From: Nitrososphaerota archaeon
GTDB lineage: Archaea; Thermoproteota; Nitrososphaeria; Nitrososphaerales; UBA57
Direction of reading: 5' to 3'
Assembly (NCBI GenBank): GCA_016871995.1
Contig: VHBL01000009.1
Coordinates: forward strand, 1 to 6,703
Length of the DNA: 6,703 nt
Position 1 is the first letter of the stretch, and each line of letters starts with the position of its first letter. The notes below the pieces were generated by a model. That model was given only the letters and a program-made list of their open reading frames with translations, was not told where the DNA came from and made no database searches. Shown piece by piece: positions 1 to 5,535 of this stretch. A program made the position numbers and the translations under genes.

Positions 1-2
1 AT

Positions 3-116
3 CTGGAGAAGGGAGACATAGAGACACGTCCTATCCTCGCGGGGAATATTGCTAATCAGCCTGCCTATCAGGATATTGAGATAGAATTACCTCGATTCTC
101 TCGAATGAGCAATTAA
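3..116 (+). CDS. C-terminal end of a DegT/DnrJ/EryC1/StrS-family PLP/PMP-dependent sugar aminotransferase/dehydratase (RfbH/DdhC-like); the 5' part is off-window and the 3' end may be decayed
   Basis: Frame 3 is open from the window edge to TAA 114-116 and reads LEKGDIETRPILAGNIANQPAYQDIEIELPRFSRMSN*. The block I.TRP...GN...QPAY is the conserved near-C-terminal signature I recognise from RfbH/DegT-type enzymes. The FW.G..PgL tail that normally follows is not recognisable, so the end may be truncated or replaced. Confidence 0.45.
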   Translation: MEKGDIETRPILAGNIANQPAYQDIEIELPRFSRMSN

Positions 117-247
117 GGGGAGAATTTGCAGCGAACGCCAGGAGGGCTGCACGAACTAGAAGTTGGAACGTCGTCGCCAGAGAGACAATGCGAGTGTATT
201 GTGCAGAAGGCGGGGCCGAAAAAGCCAACATATACGTAACCGCTTGA
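80..247 (+). pseudogene. Remnant of the C-terminal region of a GT4-type glycosyltransferase, with no N-terminal domain and no start codon
   Basis: Frame 2 is open between TGA 77-79 and TGA 245-247: DRITSILSNEQLRGEFAANARRAARTRSWNVVARETMRVYCAEGGAEKANIYVTA*. The pattern L..n.elr.....nar..a...fsW..va......vY matches the usual last ~45 residues of GT4 enzymes. Compare LLRNRNEARNMGLRGYEKALSEYSAPKVVRSLEKSY in the intact GT of this window. It is absent from the ORF track because it has no start codon. Confidence 0.35.
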
Positions 248-296
248 GATAGGGAAGAGTGAAGACGGGTCAGCAATTCTTAGTGCGCTGGAAAGA

Positions 297-551
297 ATCA
301 CTGCTAGACGGATCATTGTGGTCACTGACAACTTTTGGACCGAAGGCGTGCATAAGGAAACTGGAAACCCCTATCAGGAACACCACTCCAGATGGAGGGT
401 AAAGGATTTTAAAGATAGGGGTTTTCGAGTAATGGGCATTGGTGCCTTCCATTACCAGATTCCATCCAATAGCCTCTCGAGGGTGCTCCAGCTCGTTACT
501 AGGCGGTTGCCCTCCCTAAGAAATATCCTTGCAGTAAAGGACAAGCATTAG
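297..551 (+). pseudogene. Possible N-terminal remnant of a GT-B glycosyltransferase (weak call)
   Basis: Frame 3 (track ORF 318..551, GTG start) reads ...ARRIIVVTDNFWTEGVHKETGNPYQEHHSRWRVKDFKDRGFRVMGIG... This loosely follows the GT4 opening kIl.vt..f.P..GG......la..L...Gh.V.v.t. The GG motif is not intact, and the frame stops after 77 codons at TAG 549-551, 2 nt before the epimerase start. Confidence 0.2.
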
Positions 552-553
552 AA

Positions 554-1507
554 TTGAGCAAAGACGTGCTGGTTACTGGCGGGGCAGGTTTTGTAGGTAG
601 CCATTTAGTAGAATCTATGCTGAAGCAAGGATATAGTGTGAGCGTCCTTGACAATCTGAGCTCAGGCAAGCATAAGAACTTGGACGGCATTCTAGATGAT
701 CAGAACCTAAAACTGGTCGTCGGAGATTGTAGGAACCCCGACGATGTCGAGAAGGCTTTGCGGGGTACGCACACCGTATTCCATCTAGCTGCTACTCCAG
801 ATGTTCGTTTGGAGATTGCTGACCCTAGGGCTTGTTACCAACACAACATCAAGGCCACTTTCGTTTTGCTGGAAAAGATTCGAAAGAGCAAAGTTGAGAC
901 GGTTGTCCTAACCTCGTCTTCTACGGTATATGGAGACGCGAAAATAATGCCTACGCCAGAGGATTACGGACCCCTGAAACCTATATCAGTGTATGGCGCG
1001 TCGAAGCTAGCCTGCGAAGCATTAGTATCTTCGTACTGCCATAGCTTCAAGAAGAGGGGAATCATAATCAGGCCTGCAAACATAACCGGCCCAAGAGCTA
1101 CCCATGGTGTGCTGCTAGACTTTATGCAAAAGCTAAAGACGAATTCTTCTGAGCTTGAGATACTCGGAGATGGCACACAAACGAAATCTTACCTCCATGT
1201 GAGTGACTTTGTTGGAGCTGTGAACAAGTGCTACAAATCGGCTGATGCACTTGTGGATATTTACAATGTAGGTACAGATGACCAAACCAAAGTAACGGAA
1301 ATAGCCAAGATCGCAATGGATGCTATGAATCTAAGGGACGTAAAATTCAAGTTTTCGGGAGGGACGGAGGGTGGCCGAGGCTGGGTTGGAGATGTCAAAA
1401 AGATGCTCTTGAGTTGCAAGAAGATCAGATCCCTAGGATGGAAGCCAACATATGGCAGCACGGATGCCGTGAGCGAAGCTGCTCATCACATGGTAAGAGA
1501 GCTCTAA
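554..1507 (+). CDS. NAD-dependent epimerase/dehydratase (extended SDR, UDP-glucose 4-epimerase-like)
   Basis: 317-codon ORF starting at TTG 554 (alternative GTG 566) and ending at TAA 1505-1507. It has the Rossmann motif VLVTGGAGFVGSH, the catalytic Y-x3-K (SVYGASKLACE) preceded by LTSSSTVYG, and the C-terminal ...GGRGWVGDV...LGWKP typical of this family. No internal lesions. Confidence 0.9.
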   Translation: MSKDVLVTGGAGFVGSHLVESMLKQGYSVSVLDNLSSGKHKNLDGILDDQNLKLVVGDCRNPDDVEKALRGTHTVFHLAATPDVRLEIADPRACYQHNIKATFVLLEKIRKSKVETVVLTSSSTVYGDAKIMPTPEDYGPLKPISVYGASKLACEALVSSYCHSFKKRGIIIRPANITGPRATHGVLLDFMQKLKTNSSELEILGDGTQTKSYLHVSDFVGAVNKCYKSADALVDIYNVGTDDQTKVTEIAKIAMDAMNLRDVKFKFSGGTEGGRGWVGDVKKMLLSCKKIRSLGWKPTYGSTDAVSEAAHHMVREL

Positions 1508-1785
1508 TCAACTGTAATGCGAGCAACTCAGCGTAACAGATTGTACCCACATTCGTTTCTCAGTCCACGATTAATCTGAAAATGGGCAAATACCACTCGA
1601 AAAGACCTGTCTTAAGCGACAGAAATTTCTATTCAGATGCTGGATCCTAGACAGGTTGTGCGCTTCCTCAAACATCCGGGGTGACCCTAGAGCAAATAAG
1701 ATATAGCCTGTACCTGAATCCCCTTGGCAAACCTCTACGCTCTTGGTTCTATTTTGCGTTAGCACTACAATATCTGTGGAACTAA

Positions 1786-2406
1786 AAGTCGCCTGACAAA
1801 GCAGGTTGGTCTCCTTTTGGCAACTATTATGAGTTCGGCGTAGGCGGTGGAGGCACTTTGCTCGCCTACTCAAAGGCCCTCAAGGCATTTTGCAAACACA
1901 ATCACCTTGATCTGTCCCAATTTCATATTTTGGGCTTTGACAGCTTTCAAGGATTGCCGGAGAAGCAAAACCCCGCAGATGATCATCCCCATTGGAAACA
2001 AGGTAACTCCGCTGCCGGCATTCCTGAAATAATGGAGAAATTACGCAAAGCGGGGATTGATCCGGGTTGGAGGACCGTACATCTCGTCAAGGGATGGTTC
2101 AAGGAATCGCTCACTCTTGAGCTCCGTGAGGAACTTAAGAAGTGGCCGCCAGCCATAGTTACAATTGTTGTGGACTATTATAGCTCTGCGAAGATCGTCT
2201 TGGAGTGATTGCGCCGAATTCTAAAGAGTGGTATCCTGTTCTATTTTGATGACATTTTTTTCCATGGATATCCGCACTATGGCGAGCTAGCTGCGATTAA
2301 TGAATCTAATCGGTCGGATGAGGGCCAATTGGTTCCATGTACTGCGTTTCCAGTGGGCTATCAGGGGCAGGCATACATCTATTCAACAAAAGAATTCAAG
2401 TATTAG
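1786..2406 (+). pseudogene. TylF/MycF-like SAM-dependent sugar O-methyltransferase, disrupted by an in-frame TGA, with no usable start and an upstream TAA
   Basis: Frame 1 reads KSPDKAGWSPFGNYYEFGVGGGGTLLAYSKAL...HILGFDSFQGLPEKQNP...VHLVKGWFKESLT...IVTIVVDYYSSAKIVLE*LRRILKSGILFYFDDIFFHGYPHYGELAAINE...KEFKY*. Track ORFs 1858..2208 and 2209..2406 are the same frame, split only by TGA 2206-2208, at a position where Trp (TGG) would fit the family. The blocks E.GV..G, FDSF.GLP, vkGwF..sL and D.Y.S....Le.l...l..G....fDD fit the TylF family. There is no ATG/GTG/TTG between TAA 1783-1785 and the SAM-binding motif. Frame-2/frame-1 pieces upstream (from ATG 1637, shift near the G-run 1678-1681) may be a further decayed N-terminus, but that is weak. 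Confidence 0.7.
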
Positions 2407-2413
2407 ACTTGCA

Positions 2414-2961
2414 ATCATAAGGGGGGAATTCGATCTGAAAGACACAAAGTTTCTCTTGGAATCTAGGAACGCCTTGGATAATTTCATAACTGATCCAAAA
2501 CCCATAGATCGATTAATAACGGTCTTAAATTCAGCAAGAGCTAACAAGAAAACATCTTCGTTCTTGGAAATGGAGGCAGTTCTGCGACCGCTTCCCACTT
2601 TGCATGCGATCTTTTAAAAACATCAATCAGCAAGGGGAAAAAGATTCAGGGCTATATCCCTCACAGACAATGTGCCAGTTTTCAGTGCATGGGCAAACGA
2701 CACTTCCTGTGCAGATGTTTTCGTAGAGCAGCTTAAGAATTTCGTTGAGAAAGGAGATGTGGTCATAGCCGTAAGCGGAAATTTGCTAAATGTACTAAGG
2801 CTGTGGATCTTGCGAAGGAAAGTGAGGCAATCACTGTAGGGTTGACAGGCCATTCGGGCAAACTCGGTAAGGAGGTAGATATCGCAATACGAGTTCCCTC
2901 GGCGAACATCCTCCTTATAGAAGGCATACATTCCGTGCTGCTACACTTACGGAAATGCTGA
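2414..2961 (+). pseudogene. gmhA: Phosphoheptose (sedoheptulose-7-phosphate) isomerase, SIS domain, with at least 3 frameshifts and no canonical start
   Basis: The sequence stitches together across frames. Frame 2: ...KDTKFLLESRNALDNFITDPKPIDRLITVLNSARANKK (to ~2548). Frame 1: ENIFVLGNGGSSATASHFACDLLKTSISK (2548 to ~2634). Frame 2: GKRFRAISLTDNVPVFSAWANDTSCADVFVEQLKNFVEKGDVVIAVSGNLLNVL (~2636-2797). Frame 1: KAVDLAKESEAITVGLTGHSGKLGKEVDIAIRVPSANILLIEGIHSVLLHLRKC* (2797-2961). This follows GmhA block by block (GNGGS..dA.HfA.eL, aI.L.d......NDf.f..vF, GDvl..iS.SGNs.NvikA...Ak..g...i.LTG..GG, iQE.H). Track ORFs 2300..2617(+) and 2623..2931(-) are a partial piece of this gene and its antisense shadow respectively. 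Confidence 0.75.
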
Positions 2962-2968
2962 AGAGACG

Positions 2969-3417
2969 ATGTTGCCGGCTGTATTTATGGACAGAGATGG
3001 GACTTTGGTCGAGCAGAAGGATGGAAGCTACATCTCATCTATCTCTGAGGTCAGGTTCAAGAATCAATACCTCTATCTATCCTCTCTTAACCGAACTACA
3101 AAGCCAAGGAGTCATTCTTCTGATGGTGACTAATCAGGCTGGCATCAATAAGGGTATAGTGACTTGGGCTCAGGTTACGAAGATCAATAGATACATAGTC
3201 AGAGAACTGCGAAAACATGGGATACACGTAGCAGCTGTATACGTTTGTCCACATAGGATAGAGGAGCACTGCCGATGTAGGAAGCCGCAACCTGGGCTTA
3301 TATTACAGGCTAGTAAGGAGCACGACATATCTTGGGTCAAGCATAATCATAGGCGACCATGACATGGATATCGACGCGGGGTTCCGTGCTGGTTTGAGGA
3401 AAGCCATCAAGCTCTAA
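2969..3417 (+). pseudogene. gmhB: D-glycero-D-manno-heptose 1,7-bisphosphate phosphatase (HAD-IIIA), with 2 frameshifts and a probable premature TAA
   Basis: Frame 2 from ATG 2969: MLPAVFMDRDGTLVEQKDGSYISSISEVRFKN (HAD motif I, DxDGT). Frame 3 (~3069-3332): ...SIYPLLTELQSQGVILLMVTNQAGINKGIVTWAQVTKINRYIVRELRKHGIHVAAVYVCPHRIEEHCRCRKPQPGLILQASKEHDI (TNQsG, CPH....C.CRKP.pGm). Frame 1 (3340-3417): SIIIGDHDMDIDAGFRAGLRKAIKL* (GD...D..aG). Track ORF 2955..3362 carries only the middle piece behind an out-of-frame N-terminus. Frame 1 stays readable past TAA 3415 to TGA 3514-3516 (see findings). Confidence 0.75.
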
Positions 3418-3606
3418 TGTTTCGTTCACTGTATGACATATGATATTGGAAAGGTCATGGGTTCTGATGGGAGGTTATCGATATGCCTCAATTCGTTTTG
3501 TTATGCAGACTTTTGATTCAGTTTCAGTCGCTGAGGCATGTAAACACCGCTGCTTAACGTTTAAGTTGTGCCGACCTGCAGGGCGTTTGGCCTGTTTTGG
3601 GAGGGT

Positions 3607-4332
3607 ATGAGAAACATAGTTCCTATCGTGATACTTGCGGGTGGAAAGGGTACCCGGCTAGGTAAAATAACTAAAAAGATTCCGAAACCTCTGGTCAGAG
3701 TTCAGAGTAAGCCTTTCCTTGGTATACTGATTGACAACCTCATTCGCCAAGGCTTCAAAGATTTCGTCCTATCAGTGGGATACAAGAAAGAACAAATAAT
3801 TGAATATTTTACCGACCATAAGAAATCCTCCGTATCAATTGTCTTTTCGACCGAAAGCAAACCATCGGGGACAGGAGGCGCCATCAAACTAGCTTCCAAA
3901 TATGTTAGTTCAGATTTCATCGTGATAAATGGTGACACTTATGATTCTATGGATTACAATGGCTTTGTGAAGTTCGCCTATGAGCATCCCGCGCAGGCCA
4001 TTGTACGCCTTTACTCGAATCGCGACAGAAGATATGCGAATAACTGCTTTATCGAGCCAACTTTAAGGATAACTGAGTACAGCAAAGGGAGTAACAAGAG
4101 CACCTTGAACTGTGTGGATGCAGGATCATATTTTTTTAGACGCAACGTTTTCTCACTGATACCTGAAAACCGCCTCCATACGCTCGAGTATGACCTGCTA
4201 CCTACACTGGCAAGAAATTCAAGTCTTTATGGGTACTTGCTGGATTTGCCTTTCTACGATATTGGGACCCCGGCGGGACTAGCTAATTTCAAAAAGTACT
4301 TACAGAGTACGGGCGGTAAGATACACACATGA
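3607..4332 (+). CDS. hddC: Sugar-1-phosphate nucleotidyltransferase, likely D-glycero-alpha-D-manno-heptose-1-phosphate guanylyltransferase
   Basis: The ORF is intact. ATG 3607 gives MRNIVPIVILAGGKGTRLG, which puts the G-x-G-T-R-L loop at its usual N-terminal position. The track start at GTG 3568 adds 13 unlikely residues. It also has the KPL, GTGGA, INGDT, DAGSYFF and DIGTP blocks of the NTP_transferase fold, at about 240 aa. A GGGAGGG run (3599-3605) lies just upstream. The stop TGA 4330-4332 overlaps the hddA ATG. The specific heptose/GDP assignment rests on operon context. Confidence 0.8.
   Translation: MRNIVPIVILAGGKGTRLGKITKKIPKPLVRVQSKPFLGILIDNLIRQGFKDFVLSVGYKKEQIIEYFTDHKKSSVSIVFSTESKPSGTGGAIKLASKYVSSDFIVINGDTYDSMDYNGFVKFAYEHPAQAIVRLYSNRDRRYANNCFIEPTLRITEYSKGSNKSTLNCVDAGSYFFRRNVFSLIPENRLHTLEYDLLPTLARNSSLYGYLLDLPFYDIGTPAGLANFKKYLQSTGGKIHT
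4329..4332 (+). promoter_or_regulatory. ATGA stop/start overlap (translational-coupling junction) between hddC and hddA
   Basis: The sequence acacATGAtaatc contains both the hddA ATG (4329-4331) and the hddC TGA (4330-4332). This 4-nt overlap is typical of co-translated operon genes and is preserved even though hddA is broken downstream. Confidence 0.5.
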
Positions 4333-5211
4333 TAATCATAAGGACGCCCTTCAGGATAAGTTTTTTCGGCGGAGGAACGGATTTTGAGGAGTTTTATTCC
4401 GAAACTCATGGCACGGTTTTCGTTATGACAATTTCTAGCTACATGTATGTCATATTGAATTCAAAATTCGAGGGAGATCTGAGAGTAGTCTATTGGTCTA
4501 TGGAGCACGCAACCTCGGCGGCATCTATTACGCATGGAATATTCAGAGAAGGTCTTCGAATGATGGGCGTTGACACTGGAGTCGAGGTCGTTTCTGTGGC
4601 TGATCCTCCAGGCAGAGGAACGGGCCTTGGTTCTTCTAGTGCTCTGGCTGTAGGACTCGTGAACGCCCTGACTAATTATCTCGGGAAGCCCCTATCGAAA
4701 GAGGAGCTCGCAAGCAAAGCATTTGAGAGAGGCTAAACGGCTCCTGCAGCCAATAGGCAAACAAGATCAATCCGCAACTGCTTTTGGCGGGTTGACTCAT
4801 ATACGGTTCTGTGAAGATGGAGCCGTTGTTGTTACCCCAACAGATTTCAGAAAAAAGGATACAGGAACTTGATGATAATCTTGTCTGTGTCTTCACAGGT
4901 TTGAGTCGCAACGCGAATGATTTCCTAGCCCGGCATAAATCAGCCATACCGGGGAAGCGTGAGATACTTTTAGAAATGAGGGATCAACCTGACGTGGCAC
5001 AGAAGCTGTTGGAGTCGGGAGACTTCGAGGTCTTTGGGAAGGAGCCGGATAGGGCATGGAGCCTTAAGAAGAAGGTTAGTCCTAACGTTACGACGCCGTA
5101 GATCGATAAGGTATACGAAAAAGGGGAAAAGCAGGAGCATACGGTGGGAAGTTAAACGGTGCTGGCTGAGGAGGGTTTCTAACACTTCTTTGCCCAAAAG
5201 AAAAACTGCAG
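4329..5211 (+). pseudogene. hddA: GHMP-family sugar kinase (D-glycero-alpha-D-manno-heptose-7-phosphate kinase type), with 3 frameshifts, 2 in-frame stops and a truncated 3' end
   Basis: Frame 3 (4329 to ~4727): MIIIRTPFRISFFGGGTDFEEFY...VEVVSVADPPGRGTGLGSSSALAVGLVNAL...LASKAFE, covering GHMP motifs I and II. Frame 1 (~4729-4839): EAKRLLQPIGKQDQSATAFGGLTHIRFCEDGAVVVTP (G.QDQ...fGG). Frame 2 (~4841-5128): QISEKRIQELDDNLVCVFTGLSRNANDFL...LLESGDFEVFGKEPDRAWSLKKKVSPNVTTP*IDKVYEKG, with TAG at 5099-5101. Frame 1 (~5128-5211): KAGAYGGKLNGAG*GGFLTLLCPKEKLQ, with TGA 5167-5169 sitting on a Gly of the GAGGGGF motif. Track ORFs 4329..4736 and 4811..5101 are pieces of this one gene. Confidence 0.8.
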
Positions 5212-5514
5212 GACGAGCCGAGGTCTGTATTGGAGGACAAATCAGCTACGGAGACAATCTCCAATTTCCTTTCTAGACGAAGAACCTTAGAGCCTCTCTC
5301 ACTAGAGGATGGCGAATATTCTGAAACGAGTCGACTATCTCGGTCTTTGAGTAGCTTGGTCTTATCTTGTTCTCAAACATCTTGTTGACAGCGACGTAGA
5401 CGTATCTGTCGATCGCGGCAGTCGCAACGAATTCTCCGTATCTGGAAAAGTATGACTTAAGGTCTTTCCCACGCCACCCAGCGTAACCCGAAGTGGAGTT
5501 TTCGTTATTATCAA
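5208..5514 (-). pseudogene. N-terminal ~100 codons of a second, divergent GHMP sugar kinase, with 2 frameshifts and everything after motif II missing
   Basis: Minus strand from TTG 5514: LIITKTPLRVTLGGVG (to ~5467). Next frame: KDLKSYFSRYGEFVATAAIDRYVYVAVNKMFENKIRPSYSKTEIVDSFQNIRHPLVREALRFFV* (stop at 5275-5273; this is the C-terminal half of track ORF 5273..5686). Third frame: LERKLEIVSVADLSSNTDLGSSCS (5276 to ~5208). It runs parallel to hddA in this window, residue block by residue block: IIIRTPFRISFFGGGTDF / ...ITHGIFREGLRMMGVDTGVEVVSVADPPGRGTGLGSSSA. The P..GsGLGSS motif is degenerate here. Confidence 0.6.
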
Positions 5515-5524
5515 CGCGCACGCG

Positions 5525-5530
5525 CTCCTT
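5525..5530 (-). promoter_or_regulatory. Shine-Dalgarno-like AAGGAG upstream of the second GHMP-kinase start
   Basis: The minus strand reads ...TAG cagatAAGGAGcgcgtgcgcgTTG, with AAGGAG 10 nt upstream of TTG 5514. The kinase start lies 7 codons after, and in frame with, the GT stop (5538-5536), which suggests a former GT-kinase operon on the minus strand. The spacing is on the long side. Confidence 0.3.
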
Positions 5531-5535
5531 ATCTG

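Noticed and set aside
517-528. taagAAATATcc about 30 nt upstream of the epimerase start, as a possible TATA-like promoter element
   Set aside because: It is a poor match to any consensus I can name, the taxon is unknown, and the position lies inside a probable gene remnant. It cannot be supported from the sequence alone.
1607-1630. Hairpin ctgtc-ttaagc-gacag followed by aaatttct, as a possible terminator after the epimerase
   Set aside because: The stem is only 5 bp with a weak T-tract, and it lies about 100 nt past the stop codon. That is not enough to call a terminator.
2206-2208. TGA recoded as a sense codon (genetic code 4 or 25), which would explain the TGA inside the methyltransferase and the TGA on a conserved Gly of GAGGGGF at 5167-5169
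   Set aside because: TAA (1783, 3415) and TAG (5099) also interrupt conserved alignments, and about 10 frameshifts accompany them. Intact hddC terminates at TGA 4330-4332 at the expected family length. Recoding explains at most 2 of at least 14 lesions.
2955-3062. The N-terminus of track ORF 2955..3362 (MLKRRCCRLYLWTEMGLWSSRR...)
   Set aside because: It is an out-of-frame reading. The HAD motif-I sequence MLPAVFMDRDGTL is in frame 2 from ATG 2969, and the track ORF only becomes gmhB-like after about 3069.
3568-3606. GTG 3568 as the hddC start, as in the ORF track
   Set aside because: It adds MPTCRAFGLFWEG ahead of the nucleotide-binding loop, which normally begins within about 10 residues of the N-terminus. 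ATG 3607 gives the canonical MRNIVPIVILAGGKGTRLG.
2540-5135. Programmed ribosomal frameshifting or transcriptional slippage restoring the gmhA, gmhB and hddA reading frames
   Set aside because: The shifts go in both directions, occur 2-3 times per gene and sit at runs of only 3-5 nt, with no slippery heptamer plus downstream structure that I can see. They coexist with nonsense codons and a 3' truncation. Multi-hit decay is the more economical explanation.
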